Positions 34,376-44,977 are shown, numbered from the whole stretch's first letter. The stretch: DNA of 63,162 nt, filler included, from Lenisia limosa (GCA_001655205.1; 14 parts of 14 records of this genome joined end to end with filler, not necessarily neighbours in it), one strand, 5' to 3'. The notes: a model not told the origin generated them from the letters alone. Made by a program: numbers and translations.

Positions 34376-36659
34376 NNNNNNNNNNNNNNNNNNNNNNNNN
34401 NNNNNNNNNNNNNNNNNNNNNNNNNNNNNNNNNNNNNNNNNNNNNNNNNNNNNNNNNNNNNNNNNNNNNNNNNNNNNNNNNNNNNNNNNNNNNNNNNNNN
34501 NNNNNNNNNNNNNNNNNNNNNNNNNNNNNNNNNNNAATCACATCCGAATAATCTAAAACTCCAAACAAAAAGCGGGAAGGGAGAGGGGTCAGAATGACAA
34601 CAGAGTAGTATCATTGAGACTTGTCAGTCAATTATCATGCGAGTGGGTATGAGGTATCATATCACTGCGTGGAAAGTGAGAGTTCACACAATTGAAAATG
34701 TTCCCAAAATGATATAACAGTAGAGCTTCATGCATTTACGGTTTTAGGGCTTCATCAGCACGAAGACGACCGAAATACACCGAACCTCCAGCATTCCAGC
34801 CGAAATATGCGTGGGTGCAATTTTTTTTATTTGGGGGAGTGAGTTCATGTGCTTCATATTCTGAGTATTTGGGTTGCTCAATTTGAACAAGAGGGAACTC
34901 TTTGGTTATCATTTACTCATTTGCTTCTTTTTGCCTCCCCCCCCCCNNNNNNNNNNNNNNNNNNNNNNNNNNNNNNNNNNNNNNNNNNNNNNNNNNNNNN
35001 NNNNNNNNNNNNNNNNNNNNNNNNNNNNNNNNNNNNNNNNNNNNNNNNNNNNNNNNNNNNNNNNNNNNNNNNNNNNNNNNNNNNNNNNNNNNNNNNNNNN
35101 NNNNNNNNNNNNNNNNNNNNNNNNNNNNNNNNNNNNNNNNNNNNNNNNNNNNNNNNNNNNNNNNNNNNNNNNNNNTAACGGTTACAACGGAGGCATGGAG
35201 GAAGAGGATGCAGGGAGTTTAGAGGCACACAACAAGGGGGGATTCGAAGCAGGAGTTGAGACGAGCGGTTTTGTTTGATTTGTTGCTCTGTGTGAGAGGT
35301 TTTATTTCTGGTCGTGTAGTTTTGTGATGATGTGATGAAATAGCTTCACTTTGTTTGAAAAAATGAGTGCTCGATTCTCTGTGACCATCTACATTAATGG
35401 AATTTAGCACTTTCTATGGGTGATTTTAGACTTGAAAACTATACGATTCGACCAATATTTCAGTTAATACCTAGAAAACGACAAACTATTAATGTTTTCC
35501 AATTCTCTTGGAGTTGACTCAGAAAAGTGCATTTCTTGCAATATTCCACGGAAAGCGGGCTGAACTTCAAAAACATTGTTTACGCAATTTAATTGGACTC
35601 CGGCTTTAATGTTGATAAGATCTTCAAGAAGCAATGAACAACCTGGTTGAATTTTATGACTTGATTCATTATCGTTCTAGGGTATACTATATCAGATAGT
35701 ATATATCGATATTGTATATGATATCATATAATATTATATAATTATATATTCTATAAAGATATACATATACCTCTTCACATCTCACAACATCCTAAAACAC
35801 TCTTACGCCAAATTCTCCTCTTGCTCATCATTTTGACTGCATTTTGATGAGGTAAAACGATCAGAAATTTACATTCATTAACACTTGCTATTGCCCTATA
35901 TGGCAAGTCAGCGAAAAAAAAAAAATGAAGTCCCAAAAAGCAGTTTAATTACATATTTACTAAAGTTATTAATTTTAAAGCGAGGGAGCTATTTCTGAAA
36001 TTACTAATAGGGCAATAGTGTATTCAATCAAATTTCCCCGACCCGGGTTATGGAGGACTGGAACGGTGGTGGGGGGGAGTCATAAAGTAGCTTACATTAG
36101 TTACATAATGCAAATAAATACTTTTTGATGGGGTTTCAATCACCCATACTATAGTAACTACGGCGGACTAAAGTTAATGCCACCTGGGGGGGGTAGGTTG
36201 TACACTGGATTTTGGTTGCGCTTCCCCTTGCCATAGATACCATATTCAAGTCTTCGCTGTGTTACAACATGACTATACCGTTCCCGGAACGCAATGAAGT
36301 TATAATCTACTAATTATAATGGGGGGGGGGGGGTNNNNNNNNNNNNNNNNNNNNNNNNNNNNNNNNNNNNNNNNNNNNNNNNNNNNNNNNNNNNNNNNNN
36401 NNNNNNNNNNNNNNNNNNNNNNNNNNNNNNNNNNNNNNNNNNNNNNNNNNNNNNNNNNNNNATCCTTTTCCCCCCCTCTTATTTTAACCAAGGATCTAGC
36501 AGGGTTTTCTACAAATGTTTTCCCAGCAGCTCTAAGTATCGCCCGTGTTTGGAGAACGTCGTCTGAAACCCCTGAGAAATCGAGTACGCGCTGAATCAAA
36601 ACTCATAATAATAATCTTACCCACCCACACACACATCTATATCCTAGGTTTGGGGCTAT

Positions 36660-37186
36660 ACGGAGTCGGAAGCGGCACTTCACCTTGCCGCTTCCGATGA
36701 ACTACGGCGGCGGCCACGCAGACGCCCAAAAATGCCACTGCTGCCACTCCCCCTAGCCAGCCCGGCAGCGAGGACGGGAGGAAGCCTTCATCATCGTCAA
36801 GGTCTGGGGGAGGGNNNNNNNNNNNNNNNNNNNNNNNNNNNNNNNNNNNNNNNNNNNNNNNNNNNNNNNNNNNNNNNNNNNNNNNNNNNNNNNNNNNNNN
36901 NNNNNNNNNNNNNNNNNNNNNNNNNNNNNNAGGTAAGGAGGGTGGAGAAAAATAATTGCAAAATTTGGAGTGCCACACTGCAATGTAAACTCAATTTGAC
37001 ACTTTATTTTCAAATTTTGTCAATAAATATCTCAAATAATGAATTTTGTCAAAAAGTGTCTCAAATAATAAATTGCATGGAGCCCTAGTGTTTCATTTTC
37101 TTCAATTCGTACCTTCAGGAGACGGCAAGGGGTCCGTGAAACTTGCGGTCCTCCCCAGGTTCCCACGCGCTGTCGGCCACATCATG
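36660..37186 (-). CDS. Single-pass membrane protein fragment
   Basis: MMWPTARGNLGRTASFTDPLPSPE|DLDDDEGFLPSSLPGWLGGVAAVAFLGVCVAAAVVHRKRQG: phase-compatible, a hydrophobic helix followed by a basic stop-transfer. Confidence 0.55.
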
Positions 37187-37286
37187 NNNNNNNNNNNNNN
37201 NNNNNNNNNNNNNNNNNNNNNNNNNNNNNNTTAATTAATTAANNNNNNNNNNNNNNNNNNNNNNNNNNNNNNNNNNNNNNNNNNNN
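37187..37286. other. Artificial contig spacer 7
   Basis: 44 N + TTAATTAATTAA + 44 N. Confidence 0.97.
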
Positions 37287-37330
37287 CCCCCCCCCCCCCT
37301 CATACAAAGTTAATATATCATATTATTATA

Positions 37331-37553
37331 CACTGACCGCGATAAGTACTGACACGATTTCCAAAAGATACGTATTATGACCTATTATGGTCAATATTAT
37401 TATACACTGACCGCGATAAGTACTGACACGATTTCCAAAAGATAAGTATTATGACCTATTATGGTCAGTGTATGGTGACCGGGATAAGTCTTGACCGATT
37501 TTCACATGTGTGAATTCCCAAGGAAATTAGATCAAGACTTATCACGGTCCGTG
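37331..37553. mobile_element. Stack of three Tc1/mariner-like MITEs (R5 family)
   Basis: Two tandem copies (period 74 bp) of CACTGACCGCGATAAGT…ATTATGGTCAGTG with TA flanks, directly followed at a TA by TGGTGACCGGGATAAGTCTTGACC…GATCAAGACTTATCACGGTCC. Confidence 0.7.
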
Positions 37554-37609
37554 TGTACCCTTTCGAAATATCTATCCACCTAGATCCCCACCCCAACCGT
37601 TTTATGTTT

Positions 37610-37691
37610 TTTTTGTTATTCGGTTCGTGATTAGTATCTTTACGCCAATATTCTCCATCAAAAATTTCCTTGGTTTTACCCCCCCCCCCCC
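37610..37691 (+). repeat. R2 element 3' part
   Basis: ttattcggttcgtgattagtatctttacgccaatattc…tttccttggttttaccccccccc, then a gap. Confidence 0.75.
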
Positions 37692-37961
37692 NNNNNNNNN
37701 NNNNNNNNNNNNNNNNNNNNNNNNNNNNNNNNNNNNNNNNNNNNNNNNNNNNNNNNNNNNNNNNNNNNNNNNNNNNNNNNNNNGGGAGGTGAGGAGTTCA
37801 GACTTTGCCGTGAGGACCCTTTCTCGCTCTGGTTGGAAGTGATTTGAAAATCGACGTAAATCCTTTCCAAATACCAAAAACTAGAAAAACAAATATGGGG
37901 AGGGAGGTGTCTCCCCTAAAAATTTTCAACTTTTAGGTGTTGTATTGTAGGTACTTGTGAT

Positions 37962-38043
37962 GAGGCCTTCACCTCGGTTCGAAAAAGACTGGTAAGAATT
38001 TATCGAGAAATTCACTCTTTTTTCGAACCGAAGTGAAGCCCTA
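37962..38043. mobile_element. R1 MITE with perfect 8-bp TSD
   Basis: Flanked by cttgtgat at 37954-37961 and 38044-38051. Confidence 0.9.
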
Positions 38044-39144
38044 CTTGTGATGAACTTCATACCTGTCACACGTGTACTAATAATAATCATCAACTGTTTA
38101 CCTTAATTGCTCCTAGTAATATAGATTAATATATTGCCATACGCAGCTATCGTTTGAGTATGTCTGCACTTGTACACTATAATACCAGTCCCTGCTAATA
38201 ACCGAATTGTTCCCAAGACCCCCATATGGAGCAGTAGAAGCGAAAAGAGTTACCAGATAGAAAAGGGCATAAACAATATTCATACACACCATTTGGCTTG
38301 GAATTGGGCGAGGCTTCGTCCTCGTCTATTGTTTCAGAGTGTTTTTCAAAAACCTGGGGTTAATTCTACGAAAAGGAAAGAGCAGAAAACAATCAATGTA
38401 ATAAATTACGCAAGGTCGACAAATACCCCCCCCCCCCCACTTCNNNNNNNNNNNNNNNNNNNNNNNNNNNNNNNNNNNNNNNNNNNNNNNNNNNNNNNNN
38501 NNNNNNNNNNNNNNNNNNNNNNNNNNNNNNNNNNNNNNNNNNNNNNNNNNNNNNNNNNNNNNNNNNNNNNNNNNNNNNNNNNNNNNNNNNNNNNNNNNNN
38601 NNNNNNNNNAGCCCAAATTGGAGGGGTGGGGAAAGTTGGGTGTGTTGGTGTCTGTGTGTGTAATTATGTATTATGTATGTGTGTGTATGACAGTACTGCA
38701 TTTGGCTTTGTTTTTTATTTGTTTTTAACCCTTGTGTGTTTCTCCACACACTTAGTCTACAGAGCTGATTTTGCACTTCCTTTTTATGTTTCATAATTCT
38801 TCCATATTTTACTCCATATCGCCCCCCCCCCACTTGTTGGCTCTTGGGTGCCACAATGCAGTATACACAAACGAGGGATGCGAGAGAATAGCAATGGGTC
38901 CTGTTTCAATCTAAAGCGTTAAAACAGGTTTCCAACCTCAAGATGTGACCCCAATATTCAAATTATTGTTCAAAAAGCGCAACAATTCTTCACTATTATA
39001 ATTTCAATTTCTTTCTTTTTAGCAATAATACATGGAATAAAATCTGGGGGAAACAAATATAGATGCCTTACACCGTCTGCTACCAACTTTCAATCTATCA
39101 TATTCTGTACATTCACCCCACTCTACAATTTTCAATCTCCCTTG

Positions 39145-39212
39145 TTAGCCAATAGAGTTGATTTTGGGCTTTTTTAATTCCACAAATTGTCCAATTTTAC
39201 CCCCCCCCCCCT
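39145..39212 (+). repeat. R3 3' part
   Basis: gttagccaatagagttgattttgggc…ttgtccaattttacccccccccc. Antisense to the neighbouring WD40 exons, so an exception to the usual orientation. Confidence 0.7.
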
Positions 39213-39296
39213 TCAATTCTCTTTTATTTTACAATATCATTTGATGATCAATTTTGACTTAAAAATATTTTGGCGACAACTGAGTAGTAGACCCCC

Positions 39297-39833
39297 ACTC
39301 TGCATCCTTCTGGGGCTGTAACGCTCCAAATTAGAACTGAACCGTCGGCTGAGGCTGAAGCCAGCTGAGAGGGAACGGTAAAAGGTGAAATTATTTAAAT
39401 CTATATTGGCATATCATTTGAGGATGGCGATTGGTCAGGAAAGTGAGTTTAAAATTGTGACACAATAGCAAAAGTTGAGTTATTTGACCAGCACTGACTG
39501 TCCACTCTCACTAATACCCCTCAACCATAGTGGAGTCGTTTGACCATGAGAGACTGTACACTAAGTCGCGGTGGCCTAAAATGATGAAATAATAGCAATG
39601 AGAAATATAAAATAAGGTTGTATCTGTCATATGCTTGAATTTCAGTCAATTTTGGGACCAGAGGAAAGCACTCAACAGAAAATTTAGAGTTGAAAATCTG
39701 TAAAAAAACAGGTGATAGTATCTGGCTCTTATACAACTCCAATACCATAGTAGGTGCGGAGGAATTCACCGGAGCGTGCATTGACCACTGACACGGAATA
39801 CTCCGAGCCTTCAGTTACCCCAAAGGCAAGCAT
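39297..39833 (-). CDS. WD40-repeat protein, tentatively jouberin/AHI1-like
   Basis: Three exons give MLAFGVTEGSEYSVSVVNARSGEFLRTYYGHRDLVYSLSWSNDSTMLASASADGSVLIWSV. The gene may extend upstream to ~42257. Confidence 0.75.
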
Positions 39834-42257
39834 CTAAAATCGTAAATCAGTTAAATGTCGACACTTGAGGCGAAATAACACCACTTTCATCTATGGATTT
39901 GGAAAATCGACAAATATCGTTATGACTAGAGTGCCATCAAAATAGTTCACAATAGAGTTTTAACAAATCGGAACAAAAAAAAACATAAATTTCGAATTAA
40001 TACGAGTTCAATCATATGTACCTCCGATGAATGCTATTCTTTGACTGCTGTTTTCATTTCCCCCCTTTATTAATAACAGATCTCTGTTACACATATTGGT
40101 GTCAACGCAAGCAAATATGGTCTTCAGTTAAAAACTGACAGTATAGTGGTTGGCTGCTTTTATATCAATCAACCTTTTTTAGACATTAACAACAAATGAC
40201 TGGTTACAGTCCATCAAGGAGCAGGTACTGCCTGATACTAGGGCATTTTTTGAATTATTTCCGAACTCACATTTTGGTGGGTTCGGAAGCACCAACCAGC
40301 TTTTTTTTTTTTTACGTGCTTTTTGCTTTTGTTTAGTTGGCAAGCAGCGTCAACTAAAAAAGATTTGAATATACCATGTGTGCCATTTTTCAATACCTCT
40401 CTCTCCATTCATCTCTACTGCTTGCTGTGGGCGCTTTTTCAGTTTATAGCGGACTTAGACTACTCTTTAGAGCCACCACAAGTTGACATATCTCTTCCCG
40501 ACAACAGTTCGTGAGATTAGTGTAACAGAAGAATATTCTATTTATATTGTCTGGTCTCTTAGTTAATCTGATGTCCTTTTTACAATTACAGAAGGAAGCG
40601 AACATGATGGCTGTGATCATGATATGTTTTTTTTAATATGTCTTATTTTCTCAGGTTTCTGTTCTGGATAGCGCTGTAGAAATGCATTGCAAAATCGCTG
40701 GGATATCTGAGAATCCTCTCATGGAGGTTGGTTTCGTCCTTCAAGGGCAATCAGTTTCCTGATCTAAACAAGAGAGCATATTTATATACAGCTCATCCCC
40801 GTCAACCAGACGATTTTTGAGAACTACTTCAAAGACCGCAACCACCGTAAGAAGTACATCAAGCTCGCATTCATGTTGAGAGAGGTGTTCGCCTGATGAA
40901 GCGATACAAAATAATCTCCACAATTTTTAGTGTGATTTTGAAAGCAATTGTTCCAAAGTTTACCTCGATTTTTTTGCGCAGTTTAATCATATCTAAATAT
41001 GGCTCGTACACCTTTAATGACGGCGACTGTCCATGAGCAGCTCCAGTTGAAAGGGGGAGCTAACGGTGTTTCAACGTATTTGTAGTAACACAGATACATC
41101 TTTGAAATGAAGTATTGTTTTCAAAAGTTCTTGGCTGTACGATGTAGTTAATTACTTCGCAAGATTTTTTTTATATCTAGCACCAACTAATCTTGAGTAC
41201 ATCCACAACCTTTGAGATAATTATCGTCTTTGTTCATTTAAACTGAATTCGGGTTTTAGCAAATCCCATCAAGTTCTTTTCAGGAGGAACAACCTTCAAA
41301 CAGCTCTGCAGTGACCTGATCATCCCAGTTCCTTCGAAATGAGATCATTGCCGCAAACTCCGCATTGAAGTCGCATCAAGTATGAGCTGTTTTCCCGGCA
41401 GCCACATCCCCTATCCCCAGCATAAGCAAGCTTGGGGCCTTATACGTACAATATCAATATCTAGGCCTCTATCCCACAGCCAGTGTTCTTAAACGCACAG
41501 GCAACTGCCCGACATCCATCGGACAATCCCATCCCTCATTTATCATGCCTGGTGACTTACTTGGCATTGAGCCAAAGGGTCTTCGCAAATGGGCCATTTC
41601 CCATCCGATTAGTCGTTCTGCGTACTTGTGTTGCTGGTGGCGGACCAACGGACCTGTGATTAAACTGCCACATGTTCATTTCCAACAGAGTTCTTCGGAC
41701 CCTTGACCCCACGCAAAGGTTGGTTTCTCATGGAAGATGATGTTTACTCCCATATCCCCTTCTCCCAACATGATTGTGATAGGACCCTATGCCAAGGCCA
41801 TCGTCTGACCATACTACAAGAACCTCTTTGGTTTACAAGTTCTGGGGAGCCGCCATTGTTACGACCTCCGTCGTAGTAAGCTTAAAATCACCCTCACCTA
41901 CCGCGAGATATGAATATGAACCTAACTTTGGAATATGTGATGGTGATATTTTACATGAGTTTCTTCTGTGTTTTAGCATCATCACACCACGACAACAATC
42001 ATCATCATCATCACCAACAACAACAATCCATTACAACCACCATCATTAACATAATCAACATTATTAAAACTATCATGTCAACATAATCAACATCATCAAT
42101 ACTACCATCATCAACATCATCAGCATCATTATCCTCGTACCTCGCCGTCAGGGGAGTAGCTGAGACAAAGAGACCCGTCCACTCCAGCATCAAGGCGATA
42201 GAGCTGTTCACGAGGTATTTCGCAGCGTTGGCCCGGCAGCCGTCGCCATATCCGACC

Positions 42258-42302
42258 CTGGGGGAATAAATTTTAAAAATTTATGAAACAAAAAAAAAAG
42301 CC
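42258..42302 (-). repeat. R3 3' module forming an acceptor
   Basis: ttttgtttcataaatttttaaaatttattcccccAG| followed by an open exon VGYGDGCRANAAKYLVNSSIALMLEWTG…, ending at a GT. Confidence 0.75.
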
Positions 42303-42402
42303 NNNNNNNNNNNNNNNNNNNNNNNNNNNNNNNNNNNNNNNNNNNNTTAATTAATTAANNNNNNNNNNNNNNNNNNNNNNNNNNNNNNNNNNNNNNNNNN
42401 NN
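42303..42402. other. Artificial contig spacer 8
   Basis: 44 N + TTAATTAATTAA + 44 N. Confidence 0.97.
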
Positions 42403-42500
42403 GCATTTAATACTTGTGATTTACCACATCTTCTCACTTTCAACTATTCAAAAATGATTAATAGCACAGCATCTCGAAACCTGGTCCTTTTCCAACCCAC

Positions 42501-43230
42501 CTGTCGAGACACAGTAATTGTCGGCTGTCCCTCCATTCCAACAGGGCTTTCGGATCGGACCGAATTGTCAAATACAATCGACACCTTGGTGTGGTAAGAG
42601 GAAGATGGTAAGAGAAAAAGGTAGTGTTTATTGATTAGAAGTAGCTGAATAAGATAAAGTGGAAGATAGATTATAATAACCGGTTTCGAAGCTATCAAAC
42701 GCAGAGACCTGTGAATCTCTCTTCCTTTCTATTATTTTACCCCCCCCCCAACAGTGGCTTTAGTTACTCCGGCCTGGCCTTGCTTGTAGACAAGGTCCTG
42801 GAGAGAACCAGCACGGACCTAAAGGGAATAAGGCGCCAAAACAGATCGTGAAAGAGACTTGGAGGAAGCGTTCTTGTCACCCCCGTCAACTCCCTGTCAA
42901 CCGCTTATCCAAACAAAAATCACATAACAATATTTAAAGAATGCAATTATCAAAGCATCATGGCTCTTGGCAGACCTTGCTCAGATTGGAAATGCCAAGC
43001 ACGAAGCAGATAGCATCAAGAACATTGGACTTGCCGGAACCATTAAGGCCCGTGATAGCATTGAAACTACATGGTTACAACACTGTGCACGTCAAGAAGA
43101 GACTGTACCTCTTATCAAAAGGTCCAACAACAGTGCGATGCGCATAGCTTTTGAAGCCATCAATAATCACCTGAAATAAAATAAATATGAATATGAGGTA
43201 AATATGCGACGCTACCTCGCGGATGTGCAT
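42501..43230 (-). CDS. SMC2: Condensin subunit SMC2, 5' exons
   Basis: MHIRE|[21 protein letters not shown]|[30 protein letters not shown]|[22 protein letters not shown]|[22 protein letters not shown]. All junctions GT-AG and in phase. Confidence 0.96.
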
Positions 43231-43648
43231 CCTTGAGTGTCAAGAAAAGCTTTTATACAAGGGTGGGATTCCTCTTCTTCGTCTTCTCTTCTAGATTAAC
43301 ATTATCAAAAGTTAATAGATAAATAGATGCATAGATTTCAATTACTGCTTTCTTGTCGTGATTTTTTCATTTCTCTCGAGCAAAGGAACAAATGGCGCCA
43401 CGCACACGTGACAAGAGTTTATCCGGCGGACAAAAGAAAAATATTGATATTTGACACCTTTCAACACTGGCATATTTATTACACCTTATTTACCACTGCT
43501 TTACCTACTACTATTAGATTTCCGAATTAATAAAAGTCACCGCTGCTAAGCTGCTAATGCTTCACTGGTAGCACTCTGTAGATTGTTACAACTGTATAAT
43601 TGAACAAAAGGATTTGGGGAGAGTATATCCGAAAGAGCAGCTCTAAGT

Positions 43649-44617
43649 ATGATGAGACTTGCATTCATCGGCCTTTTGCTCACTCTCCTGGCATTTGGTA
43701 GGCCTTTCGTCTCTTCAATCATATGCAGGATGAGATGAAATGTGATCCTTGTTCTGAAGTCACCCTGTAGTCCACGGAGATGAGTGTTCGCTTGATTACT
43801 TGCCTTCTTTGAGTCAGACCTGCGCAACATGGTGGGGCAATGGAACACTGCTGTTATCTCTTGATGAAAGCTTGATGGTGAAAACGTGAATATCTCTGTT
43901 ATCTTTGGTTGAAAATTTGACCATTTCCATTTTTCGTCAAATACTGCGTGGCGGTCTTTTAGCCACATCAGCTAAAGGTATCTAAAGTGGCCGAAGATCA
44001 GGATATAGTTTTCAAAAATCAATCATTTAAGAAACAATAGACTATTTTAAGTTGATTTGCGTATCCAAATTGCATTGGTGGCACTGCTCACTGAGTTGTA
44101 AACAAGATGCCATTTATCATATAGCAGTTTTCAGCTCTTCACATTTTACGCCTATTTACCCGCTATCTCTATTTCTAACGCCTTAGCATTGTCAATCCCA
44201 AATGCGGATGGTGCACGGATAATGGAGGGTAAGCAGGGTAAAGTAAACTCCAGAGAGTATTTACTCTTTTTTTTATTTTATGGCGGGGTGGGTGGGGAGT
44301 CTGTTCCCATTTTATCTGTGGATTTAATTTTTTTATTTTTGAGTTTTGAGTTTTGACTTTCTGGAGTGATGGGATGTGGTGTTGCAGAAGCGACTGGCCT
44401 GGGCGTTGTTTGTATTGTTCTTTTAACCACTGGAGAATCAACTCTGTTGGCTTAACATTACCTGTTTGTTGTTATCAACCCTCGTGTGTTGTCAGCCACA
44501 GAGTTAATTTGGGCTCTTTTGTTTCATAATTTTTCCAATTTTACTCCCCCAGAGAATGCCGTCTTGGTGGCGGAAGTGACTTCAGGGTCGCGCCGGGTGA
44601 CTGTACTGGGTGGTGGT
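43649..44617 (+). CDS. Secreted or membrane protein with N-terminal PSI (plexin-type) domain (5' part)
   Basis: Signal-peptide-like MMRLAFIGLLLTLLAFG, then HGDECSLDYLPSLSQTCATC|IVNPKCGWCTDNGG|ECRLGGGSDFRVAPGDCTGWW. Confidence 0.7.
44361..44552 (+). repeat. R3 element, full-length reference copy ending exactly at the acceptor AG
   Basis: CTGGAGTGATGGGATGTGG…internal inverted repeat (44436-44457 / 44487-44509)…TTTCATAATTTTTCCAATTTTACTCCCCCAG|exon. Confidence 0.9.
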
Positions 44618-44717
44618 NNNNNNNNNNNNNNNNNNNNNNNNNNNNNNNNNNNNNNNNNNNNTTAATTAATTAANNNNNNNNNNNNNNNNNNNNNNNNNNN
44701 NNNNNNNNNNNNNNNNN
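44618..44717. other. Artificial contig spacer 9
   Basis: 44 N + TTAATTAATTAA + 44 N. Confidence 0.97.
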
Positions 44718-44870
44718 CAACAGCTATAAGATATGCATAGATATATATGATAATATCATATAAAATATTAAGTTTATACATACTATATGATACCAGATAC
44801 TAAGAGAGATTCATTTTTCAAATTTCGTCAATCAACAGTTCCATAAATTAATTGCATGAAGTCCTTCTTA

Positions 44871-44977
44871 CCTTAGCATCGTCTGCATCTATATTGTCAA
44901 GAGCCCGGTCGTTTATTAGGAAACTACGAGGTCGTGTCGCCGGTGTTTGTGGACAATGTGTTGCAGGAGAGTCTTCT
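44871..44977 (-). CDS. Isolated exon of an unidentified gene
   Basis: AG/GTAAG-bounded open frame DSPATHCPQTPATRPRSFLINDRALDNIDADDAK, with a sense-oriented R3 remnant upstream (45170-45255). Confidence 0.35.

Noticed and set aside
41310-41420. Minus-strand frame GDVAAGKTAHT*CDFNAEFAAMISF, P-loop-like with an in-frame TGA (possible Sec or recoding)
   Set aside because: Similarity to small GTPases is too short, no other G motifs follow, exon limits are unresolved, and I see no SECIS. Other genes here use the standard code.
44229-44552. R3 as a classical introner (element equals whole intron)
   Set aside because: The donor at 44229 lies 132 nt upstream of the R3 start, and in the kinase intron 362 nt upstream. 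Intron 5' ends are not homologous between copies.
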